Under the pieces are notes generated by a model. The model had not been told where the DNA came from. It was given only the letters and a program-made list of their open reading frames with translations, and ran no database searches. The translations under genes were made by a program, and so were the position numbers. Below are positions 8,252 through 16,617 of a stretch of DNA of 64,000 bases, piece by piece. Within the stretch, counting starts at the first letter, position 1; every line of letters starts with the position of its first letter. Source of the DNA: a virus; the IMG/VR virus record IMGVR_UViG_3300032308_002010, positions 96,001 through 160,000 of that record. The stretch is one strand, 5' to 3'.

Positions 8252-9335
8252 AGCCATTTTGCCGGGTTTTCACCACCATCTGCGAGCGGCCGGGCCACAA
8301 TACCATCTGTTGCATTGTGTCCTCGTCCGTTACGTCTTTCAGTAACTGCAGAGCTGTTACTGGTCGCTGCGCAATACTATCTTTACGCTCGTCGGTCAGA
8401 CTGTTGCGCAGCACAGCCTGAAGCGCGGTATATCGGGGATACGTCACCCACTCATTCTCATCATCGTTCTCTGGGTTGTACTCAGCGTACGGCCCAGCCA
8501 CGTAATGATTCGTTTGCACAAGGCCATGCGGCTTGGTGCGAATGGTTGATTTCTCTCCAACATGCGTTACTACAGTGTGTTCACGGGCTTTGGTGCCAAC
8601 CACGTGCGCAAAGAACGGCACGATGGTTTCATAGCTCCGTAACCCAAGAATCAGACTGTTGTAACTTTTTGGAAATCGGTCGCAGACGGCTCGGACCCGC
8701 TGTAACACGGGCCACCTAAAGAGCAGCGCCGGCGCCGATAACCAGCCAAGCAAGCTATTCAGTTTGTTAACAACTGGAGCCTGATTGACAGTGACAGCCC
8801 ACGAATCACCCATAGCCGATATCACGCCCACCATGCCCGCCACGCCTACAGATGTATAAGCGCTGCGCCCACGGTGAAAGCGAAAGATCCGCGTGTGCCT
8901 GCCTGTACTGCGAGGCACAACCCAGTCCATGTTACGGACCAGCACGGGAGACTTCTCGACCTCAAAGCTGACGCTAGAGCAGCCACAACCATACATCTCA
9001 GAAAGAGAAGTAAAGTCGTAGATGAGGTTTCCCAACATGAGCTTACCCACAGGAACTTCGGCGTGCCGGGCTATGCACGCTAACTCCTGTGTGTAATCTT
9101 CGCCAAACATGCCGACCATTTGGCGAAGTAACCAGCCGCCACCGGACGCCATCGCATGCACAGCCGTGATAAGCGGACTGGGCAGGTGTGGCGCCAATGT
9201 CTCTTCGATCTCTTCTTCGACATCGGAGAGAATGGACTGAATGGCGTCTCCGTTTTGGATAGCAAAATCAGTCCAGCGTTCGTCAGCGGGTGCGTCCAGA
9301 TCAATGTCATGGACTTTCCCGGTGAAGAGCTTCAT
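8250..9335 (-). CDS. acid ceramidase/NAAA-like Ntn-hydrolase
   Basis: DLDAPADERW (cf. DLPPxxRW), nucleophile C in GCSSV, RNMDW, GVAGMVGV, VQTNHY and downstream Arg all present. Confidence 0.8.
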   Translation of the reverse strand: MKLFTGKVHDIDLDAPADERWTDFAIQNGDAIQSILSDVEEEIEETLAPHLPSPLITAVHAMASGGGWLLRQMVGMFGEDYTQELACIARHAEVPVGKLMLGNLIYDFTSLSEMYGCGCSSVSFEVEKSPVLVRNMDWVVPRSTGRHTRIFRFHRGRSAYTSVGVAGMVGVISAMGDSWAVTVNQAPVVNKLNSLLGWLSAPALLFRWPVLQRVRAVCDRFPKSYNSLILGLRSYETIVPFFAHVVGTKAREHTVVTHVGEKSTIRTKPHGLVQTNHYVAGPYAEYNPENDDENEWVTYPRYTALQAVLRNSLTDERKDSIAQRPVTALQLLKDVTDEDTMQQMVLWPGRSQMVVKTRQNG

Positions 9336-9601
9336 GACGTTTTCCTTTCCAGTCGCGAGTTTAGTCGCGAGACCTGTTCACGCAGCAGATCGAACGCCTG
9401 CGCTCTGACCTTGTCTCCCTCGACCATCTGCTCTATCAGGGTGAGGAGACGCAGCTGGTTTTCCTCCAGCGCCGTGATACGGGCGTTGGTGTCAGCAAAC
9501 ATGATCTGAACGCCGCGGTTTACGGAAAGATCGTTCTTGTCCGTCTGCGGGAGCGCGGCAGGAAACAGGGACCCGATATCGGTTTCAAACAGATTACTCA
9601 T
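9332..9601 (-). CDS. hypothetical coiled-coil protein
   Basis: ATGA overlap with the next gene; downstream of promoter motif copy 2. Confidence 0.65.
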   Translation of the reverse strand: MSNLFETDIGSLFPAALPQTDKNDLSVNRGVQIMFADTNARITALEENQLRLLTLIEQMVEGDKVRAQAFDLLREQVSRLNSRLERKTS

Positions 9602-9670
9602 CGGTCATTCTCCTTAGCCGCACAGCAGCGGCAGAAAGATATCAGAACAACCCAGTGCACTACTGGGGTA

Positions 9671-9710
9671 TCACTGAATATGACCGGAATCAGGCTTTTA
9701 TTTAGCTATC
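9671..9710 (-). promoter_or_regulatory. promoter-like motif copy 2, overlapping the right 26-bp inverted repeat (9691-9716)
   Basis: tcactgaATATGACCGG-13nt-TTTAGCTATC. Confidence 0.75.
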
Positions 9711-9720
9711 AGCGCTGGGC

Positions 9721-11373
9721 TTAATCTAGCGAGCTAAGATCGAGGCCGCCCTGCCATTGAGGAGGCTTAGCGGCAGGTGTAATACCCTGCAACTGCCCCC
9801 ATGTCCGCGCGTTCGTTGTCGGGCCGCCCCACGCGGTGAGCTGGGACCGAATCTTCTCGCCAGTCTGGGTATCACTCATGTTGCGGCGGCCCATGCCAGC
9901 CATCACGCGCTCGAATCTGGCTTGGGCATCAGACATGGCAACTCGCGCCTGTTGCGTATCGCCAAAGCGGGGAAAACCACCGGGAACGGCGCCGGGCATC
10001 CGCATGCGAGACTGCGGCGGCTGAGCTGGGCGCTTACTGGCACGCATGAGATAATTATTTACGTTTTCCATGATGTCTGGGTGGCGCATCAAGCTTTCGC
10101 CACGAGCTGCAGCGAGCGGGCCAGCCACAGACGGATGCACGTTGGCGATGTTTAACTTGGGGGCTACAGCCTTGGCCGCCGTATTAGCTACGGCCTTTGC
10201 GCCACCACCAAATAACCGACCAAGGCCGCCAAAATTGAGCCCGGCTTCTTTGCCAAACTCATACGCGCTGGAGCACTTGCAGTTCCATTTGCGCAAGGAT
10301 TTATTAATGCGTGAGTCAGGGTCTTTCTTTGTATCAGCGCCAGTGTTTACACGTTTCATACCGCACATCCTTGAGCAAAAAGAGTTCTGACGCTTGGCCC
10401 GGTCACCTTTGGGTTTGCTCTCAGTTACGGGAGCTTTTAAGTTTCCACCTGTCTCGCGTTCGTAGCTTTTGCGGCCCTTTTCATTGAGCCCGCCCTCTTC
10501 ATTTTTACCAGCAGAACGTTGCCACGCAGGAGTACCGGATTGCTTTTCGGCGCTAATACTGGTGACCTTTTTCCAGCTTTTGCTATCTGGATAGTCTTTG
10601 TCGCCGGGCTTAGCTTTTTTCCCGCCGCGTTCGCGCTTCATGCGAATTCGGTCCCATAACCCAAGCGCGCCGGCTATCTTTTCGCTGCCTACTGAGTTAG
10701 CCGTCCCAAAAGCCGCGTTCCCTGTGATGTCGCCAGATGAAGAGAGCGCGCCATAGGAGTTAATAGGGTTGGCATTGGGAGAGGAACCGCCGCCTACTGG
10801 GGGAAGCTGGCCAGACGGCGCGGGAGATCCCATATTCGCCGGTTGGGCTGCAGGAGCTTGCGGTTGGCCCTGTGGCGCCGCTGCCTGCATACCCATCGGT
10901 AGGGGCGTACCAGCCGCCGGCATGGCATAGTGCTTTAAATTAGCGTTTGCAGGCATGCGGGCGGCCTCTCGGGCCTCCATTTCAGCTCTTTCGTTCTCTA
11001 ACGCCTGCATGATGGGCTGCGACAAGACAGCAGAAAGCTTCGCCATGAGCGGGTTTACTGCACTTTTTGGCTTTATTTCTGAGTTACACCGTTCGCCCTT
11101 GGTTTTGACAACAGTAGGTGGGTTTTCGCCTGCTTCTGTTGGCTTATCACTGGCCGGCTGTTCGATATAGACCTCTTTTGTGTCCGCTTTCTTGGATAAT
11201 TTTCTGTAAATATCGACAGCGACTGTATTTACGGCAGATTGTTTATGAGTTGTTTTTTTATTGGCGTACATAGGGAGTTTCTTTTTGGTTGGATACTCGT
11301 GCGCCCAGCGTTTTGCGATGTCTGGATGCTCTGCCCAAAGAAATCTACGCTGTTTTTCGGACTTAAAGGGCAT
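9721..11373 (-). CDS. modular putative virion polyprotein (contains a DUF6321-like module)
   Basis: N-terminal MPFKSEKQRRFLWA module, GLWDRIRMKRERG module and AWQRSAGKN..GGLN..GR...FC.RM...DSRINKSLRKWNC module, each starting after a K-x-A/S motif. Confidence 0.7.
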   Translation of the reverse strand: MPFKSEKQRRFLWAEHPDIAKRWAHEYPTKKKLPMYANKKTTHKQSAVNTVAVDIYRKLSKKADTKEVYIEQPASDKPTEAGENPPTVVKTKGERCNSEIKPKSAVNPLMAKLSAVLSQPIMQALENERAEMEAREAARMPANANLKHYAMPAAGTPLPMGMQAAAPQGQPQAPAAQPANMGSPAPSGQLPPVGGGSSPNANPINSYGALSSSGDITGNAAFGTANSVGSEKIAGALGLWDRIRMKRERGGKKAKPGDKDYPDSKSWKKVTSISAEKQSGTPAWQRSAGKNEEGGLNEKGRKSYERETGGNLKAPVTESKPKGDRAKRQNSFCSRMCGMKRVNTGADTKKDPDSRINKSLRKWNCKCSSAYEFGKEAGLNFGGLGRLFGGGAKAVANTAAKAVAPKLNIANVHPSVAGPLAAARGESLMRHPDIMENVNNYLMRASKRPAQPPQSRMRMPGAVPGGFPRFGDTQQARVAMSDAQARFERVMAGMGRRNMSDTQTGEKIRSQLTAWGGPTTNARTWGQLQGITPAAKPPQWQGGLDLSSLD

Positions 11374-11609
11374 CGCGTAGCTCGTGCGAAATGATGCGCG
11401 GCTGTTCCCAAGCTGAATACGCCCATTTTGTCATAAGCGGGTCAAGAAGAAAAGGAGCAATACATTTTGTTAGAATAATGTGAGGACGGCGGGAACAATA
11501 GTATGTTAAAACCACCACATAACTTTTGGATATACGTGTTGCTGGCTGCGTGGAGTACATTCTTATTGTGGTACGGGCCGCATTTTTGAAACACGAGGGG
11601 CGGACACAT

Positions 11610-11936
11610 ATGCGCACACTATTTTTAATCGTTGGAATGCTCTGCGTGATGGGTATGGGAAAAGCCTGCGCCGATACCGTGCTAATGTTCTCTGCAGACT
11701 GGTGTAAGTACTGCAAACTGGCCAAGAATGATTTACTGGCGAATAAAGACGAAGTGGCGGCGTGGGGCGTGACAGTTATTGATGCCGATGTGAGCAAAGA
11801 TCTGGTTCGCAACTATGGCGTGAAGACGCTGCCGACGTTTATCTATCTAAATGACGCCGGGGAAGAACTGGATAGAGTGGCAGGCTATAAGGGATATAAC
11901 CGGCTACGGCGTTGGGTTGAAAAGAGCGCGCGCTGA
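11610..11936 (+). CDS. exported thioredoxin-family protein
   Basis: FSADWCKYC active site, cis-Pro loop VKTLPT, N-terminal signal peptide. Confidence 0.85.
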   Translation: MRTLFLIVGMLCVMGMGKACADTVLMFSADWCKYCKLAKNDLLANKDEVAAWGVTVIDADVSKDLVRNYGVKTLPTFIYLNDAGEELDRVAGYKGYNRLRRWVEKSAR

Positions 11937-11965
11937 TAGCTAAAGAAAAGACGCAGCTTTTCCTG

Positions 11966-12163
11966 TTATAGGGTCTTTACGGCGCTGAACTGTTTTATCA
12001 TCTGCATCACATAACTGAGCAGCGCCGAGTTATCTCCCGGAAGCTCAGTTATGACGTGGTGCATGATTCCGAGCACGAGTACAAGAGCCTGTCGGTCATG
12101 CTCTTTTGACGCGTGCTGTACCGCTTGAAACATCATGACTGTGATGATATCCGCAGGGGTCAT
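11966..12163 (-). CDS. hypothetical protein
   Basis: ORF with SD (AAAGGA) upstream. Confidence 0.55.
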   Translation of the reverse strand: MTPADIITVMMFQAVQHASKEHDRQALVLVLGIMHHVITELPGDNSALLSYVMQMIKQFSAVKTL

Positions 12164-12173
12164 TAGGTTCCTT

Positions 12174-12222
12174 TAGTTAAAAAAAAGCGCATGCAGGGTC
12201 AGGGTGTGATACCTGCATGCGC
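12174..12222 (-). terminator. intrinsic terminator
   Basis: 11-bp stem GCGCATGCAGG/CCTGCATGCGC plus T8 and the variant tail TTTAACTA. Confidence 0.85.
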
Positions 12223-12227
12223 TCCGC

Positions 12228-12449
12228 CTACTGGGCTGAGAGTGTTGTCCACTCGCCAATGTAGGTCTGTTCCAACGGATTGATGATCCGAGGCTTGGGC
12301 ACCGGGGCAGGGCGTGGAGCCGGGGGAGCTATACCGACGGGCTGTTGCCAGCGCGCCGTAAACTCGTCCCAGCCTTTCGGGGCCTTGGCTTGATCCGAAA
12401 CCCACCCAATGAGCGCCAGACTACCAAGGATCATAAGCAGCGTGGTCAT
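12228..12449 (-). CDS. small membrane-anchored protein
   Basis: N-terminal hydrophobic helix, Pro-rich linker, SD. Confidence 0.6.
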   Translation of the reverse strand: MTTLLMILGSLALIGWVSDQAKAPKGWDEFTARWQQPVGIAPPAPRPAPVPKPRIINPLEQTYIGEWTTLSAQ

Positions 12450-12509
12450 GCTATTTCCTTTCTTTCAATCGTGACGGGCAAGACGTAATTTTTGGCTTAC
12501 GCCTATCCG

Positions 12510-12546
12510 TCACTAAATATGACCGGAAATAGCAGGTTATTTAGCC
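12510..12546 (-). promoter_or_regulatory. promoter-like motif copy 3
   Basis: tcactaaATATGACCGG-13nt-TTTAGCC. Confidence 0.75.
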
Positions 12547-12648
12547 CGCAAGAAAACCACCAGATCGAGGTCGTCTTCTTCGTCATCGTCAAAGCTTTCG
12601 ATGTAGATCGGCTCAAAGCTGGGGCGCATATACGTACCTACCGACGAC
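12537..12648 (-). CDS. possible 37-aa acidic peptide
   Basis: MSSVGTYMRPSFEPIYIESFDDDEEDDLDLVVFLRAK; the stop codon lies inside the promoter motif; boundaries approximate. Confidence 0.35.
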
Positions 12649-12739
12649 ATGGGGCGTGTACCGTGTCGCAATTATACGGTTTTGATAACATGTCCCCTAT
12701 TCGGTAAGGATTAGGCACGCAAGTTTCTTACAACTAATC

Positions 12740-12824
12740 GACGTAACGTATTGATACGTAAGTACTTAGGACGCGCAGGTTTTTCCTGTTTGCCGTAAGT
12801 CTTTGCGCGCCAATATGTTACGTC
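12740..12824. repeat. imperfect palindrome with CGTAAGT cores
   Basis: GACGTAACGTATTG (12740-53) vs CAATATGTTACGTC (12811-24), 13/14 inverted match; two internal CGTAAGT. Confidence 0.6.
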
Positions 12825-12826
12825 TA

Positions 12827-12866
12827 ATAGCTAAAAAAAAGCGCGCCGCGGCGGCTTCGCCGCGGG
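12827..12866 (-). terminator. intrinsic terminator ending TTTAGCTAT
   Basis: CCGCGGCG/CGCCGCGG stem plus T8 then AGCTATT. Confidence 0.8.
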
Positions 12867-13196
12867 CATTATGGGCGCGTGACAAGGCTCGCGTCTCCCA
12901 TAAGCAGCTGTATGGGTAGTTGCGTACCCACCCGGTCCGAACACACCAGCCGCAACGCCGGCGTGTTCAGACGCGCTTTTTTTCCGGGCTATTCGCAATT
13001 ACCCGGCGTTCAATACTCTCTTGCGATTGAGAGGAGGAGCATCGAAGACATCCTCAAAATGAAACACCTCGCTGGGAATTGCACCCAGCCTACTAGCTAC
13101 GTAACACCCGCTTTTAAGGCTTCGGTCCGTAGCGGCGATCCGTGATCAGCGGATTGCCGGCAGTGTCTCTAGTGAGGTGGTAGTCGCGAGTTGCGA

Positions 13197-13478
13197 CTAC
13201 GAAACAGGCTCGAACTCGGCGTCGATCACCGTGTAGCTGTCGTAGTCGTCGTTCAGGATTGCTGCCTCTGCCGGGATGCACTCGCAGACGCCCAGCGAGT
13301 GGTGGCAGTAGCAGCAGCGCTCGGTGTCGGTATCGGGCACCGGCAGCACGAACACAACCATCACGTCCCGGTAGTCGTCCACGTTGACATTCACAGCCGG
13401 GTTGTTGCGCAATTGACTAATCATCTCATCGTCCTCCTTGAAGAGAGAAATAAAACTGCCGTCGTCTCGTGACGGCAC
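13197..13478 (-). CDS. hypothetical protein with CCxCxxxxGxCxC motif
   Basis: ORF downstream of promoter motif copy 4; start uncertain. Confidence 0.55.
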   Translation of the reverse strand: MPSRDDGSFISLFKEDDEMISQLRNNPAVNVNVDDYRDVMVVFVLPVPDTDTERCCYCHHSLGVCECIPAEAAILNDDYDSYTVIDAEFEPVS

Positions 13479-13606
13479 ACGCTAATGGTCTCTCGCCATT
13501 AGACGGCCCTAACATGTCGCCGGTTAGGGGGTGCGGCTGAGGGTACGTATAACTTCACGCGTAAGGCCAGTGGCTATACCACTGCCGCGGCGAGAGCTAT
13601 AGGTCC

Positions 13607-13645
13607 TCAATAGATATGCCCGGATTTTTGGGTTTATTTAGCTGC
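13607..13645 (-). promoter_or_regulatory. promoter-like motif copy 4
   Basis: tcaatagATATGCCCGG-13nt-TTTAGCTG. Confidence 0.75.
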
Positions 13646-13650
13646 GGGCC

Positions 13651-13692
13651 GATAGCTAAAAAAAAAGCCGGCAGGGGAGCGCACCCCTGCCG
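13651..13692 (-). terminator. intrinsic terminator ending TTTAGCTATC
   Basis: GGCAGGGG/CCCCTGCC stem plus T9. Confidence 0.85.
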
Positions 13693-13701
13693 ACTCTTGG
13701 C

Positions 13702-14127
13702 GAATTAACGAGTCGCCACCCGTGCCGAAGCGACCAATCGGTCGCCAAGAAAGCGTTAGCACAAGAAACGCTCGCGAGGACAGGTATCACTACCCGCCTA
13801 CGCCCTGCAGCCGTTTGTTAGGTTACAGACAAGTTCGCACTGTACGGGCGCAAACTTTGATTACTGAAAATCCGTCTGGCAGGTCTTTCACCTGCACCAC
13901 TCGCTCCCCTAGTCATATGTAGTGTAGTCGAGTGGAGCCACTTGGAATAGCCACGAGGCCCGGGCAGGGCTTGCCCGCTATTCCGCCATCTACCCTAACG
14001 GTTCCTGCAAAACATTTCACAAAAACCGCTCGTCACAGCCCTCTGCATGCACCTAGAGATAGGTTCATACACATGCTTCTCGCGAGCGCTTCTTGTGCCA
14101 ACGTCTGGATTCTAGCATCCATGTTGG
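13702..14127 (-). ncRNA. candidate large structured ncRNA (~430 nt)
   Basis: 25-bp closing helix 13754-78/14079-103 and at least 8 nested hairpins; mismatches become G.U on the minus strand; no credible ORF. Confidence 0.65.
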
Positions 14128-14415
14128 CTACGTCAACGTATCAATATAGTGCTGCGTCACGCACACATAACGCGTAACGATTTCTTCGGCTTCACTTCCG
14201 GGGCAGCGCTGGTCTAACTTTTGGGCCAGCGCGTCCATTGCCTTGCGGATATTTAACAGCGCACGGCGAAGTTGTTTCACTTCGATCTCCGCGTCTGTTT
14301 TATACCTCGTCCCGCTCTTCGTGTTCACCTGCGGTTCCAACGCTGTTTTCTCCTTGTGTACTACTTCCGTCCACCATTGGTTGTTCCAGTTCACTGCCGT
14401 CCTCGTCGCTGGCAT
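14128..14415 (-). CDS. hypothetical protein (true start probably ~14326)
   Basis: Helical, coding-like ORF in an operon. Confidence 0.5.
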   Translation of the reverse strand: MPATRTAVNWNNQWWTEVVHKEKTALEPQVNTKSGTRYKTDAEIEVKQLRRALLNIRKAMDALAQKLDQRCPGSEAEEIVTRYVCVTQHYIDTLT

Positions 14416-14599
14416 CTTGATTCACTACTATTAGTAGCGCTTCCTTGAGGGTGTCGATCAGGGTGTTCGCACAATCATCCACGACTTTACGCAGATGCTC
14501 CATCCTGTCAATCGTCTGGCGCATCTCGTCTCTCGTTTTTACCAGCGTTTCGGCGAGCTTGAGCAACGCCTGCGCCATCGCTATCGACAAGTTATCCAC
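14300..14599 (-). CDS. hypothetical coiled-coil protein
   Basis: SD AGGAG, operon context. Confidence 0.65.
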   Translation of the reverse strand: MDNLSIAMAQALLKLAETLVKTRDEMRQTIDRMEHLRKVVDDCANTLIDTLKEALLIVVNQDASDEDGSELEQPMVDGSSTQGENSVGTAGEHEERDEV

Positions 14600-14611
14600 A
14601 CGGTTCTCCTT

Positions 14612-15097
14612 TCACAAATGAGCTTTCTTTTGCCGCTGACACTTTCGCGCGTATGTCAGCGATTCTTCGTCCGTCGTCGCCACGATCAACCCACGCAGTT
14701 GATCGTCCGGTTTCGTGACAAGGATTTCTTCCTGCCATTCACCCGCCATCGTTGCTTTGACGTCTAATTCCGTCTTGTCAGGCCGCCAAAGCAATAGCGT
14801 ACAGGCAATGACGTAACCCGCCGGAACTTCGAGCAAAACCGGCTGCACGTCCTTCGACAGGTCTAAGGTTCCGCTTTTGTAGACTGGAATATCAAAACCA
14901 GCGGCGTCCTCGGCGTCTCCGTGGATGTACACCGTTACAAAACCAACACCGTCAGGCGGATTCACGAACTGCGCAGTTTTTCTGGCGCGAAAGTAAATCT
15001 TTTTATTGCCAGAATAAACTTCTGCAATCTGATTCTCTGTGTCGTGCCAATCGGGAATTACCGTCAGCATTACGCTACTCCTTTTTACGAAGGTCAT
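14612..15097 (-). CDS. hypothetical protein
   Basis: Operon context; coding-like composition. Confidence 0.65.
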   Translation of the reverse strand: MTFVKRSSVMLTVIPDWHDTENQIAEVYSGNKKIYFRARKTAQFVNPPDGVGFVTVYIHGDAEDAAGFDIPVYKSGTLDLSKDVQPVLLEVPAGYVIACTLLLWRPDKTELDVKATMAGEWQEEILVTKPDDQLRGLIVATTDEESLTYARKCQRQKKAHL

Positions 15098-15413
15098 CGA
15101 ACGATTCTTTCAAACCCACGGCCCGGTCTGCCAAGTACTGAGCGATAAGCGTCATCACTTGGATAATGCCTTGGTCTTCGTACACCCGCCGGCATTCAGT
15201 TGGGCTGTACGCGCCCCAGCACGTCACTCGAAGCGAGATAGGGCGAACCTTTTCTAGCGCCTTTACATCTGTCAGATCTGCCGGCGAGAAACCAGCGTCG
15301 GTCACTTCAATTTTTTCGATGTGATCCGTCTGGTCACCAATCATGCCGTCTTCCAGCGCGTGATTACAGGCGTCACGCAGCGCCTCCACGAACCAGCGGC
15401 AGTTCTGGTTCAT
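15075..15413 (-). CDS. hypothetical protein
   Basis: ATGA overlap, operon context. Confidence 0.65.
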   Translation of the reverse strand: MNQNCRWFVEALRDACNHALEDGMIGDQTDHIEKIEVTDAGFSPADLTDVKALEKVRPISLRVTCWGAYSPTECRRVYEDQGIIQVMTLIAQYLADRAVGLKESFDDLRKKE

Positions 15414-15721
15414 GATGCCACCTTTTCAACGGGCTTGGCGCTATCAGCAATCTGGTCGCGAAGTTGGCCTTCAGCCTCAGCCCATTTGTCGAGGATGAGG
15501 TTCGCAAGCGGGGTGTTGACCTTCTGCAAAAACTCCTCGATCTCAGGGGCCAACGCCGCTAGCGCCAGCAGCTTCGGCTCACACTCACAGGTGTTGCCGA
15601 TCTCCAGCACGTAGTGTCCGACCTCGTCCGCAATGGAGCCGCGGACGTGGTGATGGCTGGGCATCGAACCCAGCGCGCGCAGTACAGCAAAAAGCATACT
15701 GTTCTCCTTTGTTAATCCCAC
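15410..15721 (-). CDS. hypothetical protein
   Basis: Overlapping operon gene. Confidence 0.6.
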   Translation of the reverse strand: MGLTKENSMLFAVLRALGSMPSHHHVRGSIADEVGHYVLEIGNTCECEPKLLALAALAPEIEEFLQKVNTPLANLILDKWAEAEGQLRDQIADSAKPVEKVAS

Positions 15722-16326
15722 AGGGCTTGGTAGTACTTACCGAACAGAGTCGTTCCACGGCGGATACGCTCCTCGTGTGCGCTCAATCCATCGAAATCGC
15801 ACTTCACCCGCTTGATGTGCTCGGTGATGTTATCAATATCAGCGAGATCGTCCCGACCTTGCCAGAATTGGTCGTCATGATCGGGGTCGTTCAACTGCTC
15901 GAACGCCCAGATCATCTCGTTCATGATCCATTCCCAGCGCTTTTCATGAAACTGGTCAGGGGCGCTGCAGTTCTTTTCTTCTTCGGTCAACGCCGGCGCA
16001 GCGCTTGACCGAAGCTCTTCCGGTACATCCTCGTCATCAGTAAAAGGATACCCGTGCTGGGTCGCCTTTAGCTGCTTGAGCAAGGGCAGGATGATCGGCG
16101 CCAAGGTGCCATCGACGCTCCACGTGTCGTAGTCATGCACCTTGACGACAACCTTCCGCTCGCGAAACCGGCCGTGGAACCACTCACAAAACGGGCCAAA
16201 CCATGTTTTGTTCAGCCACTCGCCAATCTTTTGGCAGCGGTCTTCAGAGACACCAACCCGCTGAAGCAGGTCTGCGATCTGATATGGACCCCACCACTTG
16301 GGCGACTTACCGATGTAAACTTTCAT
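15712..16326 (-). CDS. conserved large-myovirus hypothetical protein
   Basis: DYDTWSVD.TLA.IILPLLKQLK...HGYP...WEWIMNEMIWAFEQ...LFGKYYQALWD pattern; GGAGG SD, ATGA overlap. Confidence 0.7.
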   Translation of the reverse strand: MKVYIGKSPKWWGPYQIADLLQRVGVSEDRCQKIGEWLNKTWFGPFCEWFHGRFRERKVVVKVHDYDTWSVDGTLAPIILPLLKQLKATQHGYPFTDDEDVPEELRSSAAPALTEEEKNCSAPDQFHEKRWEWIMNEMIWAFEQLNDPDHDDQFWQGRDDLADIDNITEHIKRVKCDFDGLSAHEERIRRGTTLFGKYYQALWD

Positions 16327-16617
16327 CCTTCCTCCTTGAAACGGGACCACTGTCGTCTGCAATACGGACACTGCCAATAACTCACGCCGTCGTAGTGATT
16401 TGGGTGCGTATATGGCAACTGAACGCCGACGATATAACTAAACTTGTAGGGCGGCGAGTAATGTTGCCGCACATATTCGCGCAGTTCTTCGTCAGTCTTG
16501 TCTTTAGACCAGTCTTGCTTGCGCAAAACGGTAAAGATATCTCCGGCGTCCCAACTAGCGTTACACGTGGGGCACCTTCCATAGTGGTCAAGCTTTGCTG
16601 TTTCTTCATTCAGCAGC
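16323..16617 (-). CDS. zinc-ribbon phage protein
   Basis: CPTC...YDGVSYWQCPYC; GTG start after GGAGG. Confidence 0.7.

Noticed and set aside
7331-9716. Autonomous IS/transposon
   Set aside because: No transposase among the three cargo genes. Kept only as an IR-bracketed cassette.
13905-13925. TAGTCATATGTAGTG as a plus-strand copy of the promoter motif
   Set aside because: It lacks the TAGCTAAA box 13 nt upstream and lies inside the structured RNA.
13702-14127. RNase P RNA or group II intron identity for the large structured RNA
   Set aside because: No GAGGAAAGUCC / CCCGGCUU P4 pairing, and no AGC-triad domain V despite a GUGAAAG loop.
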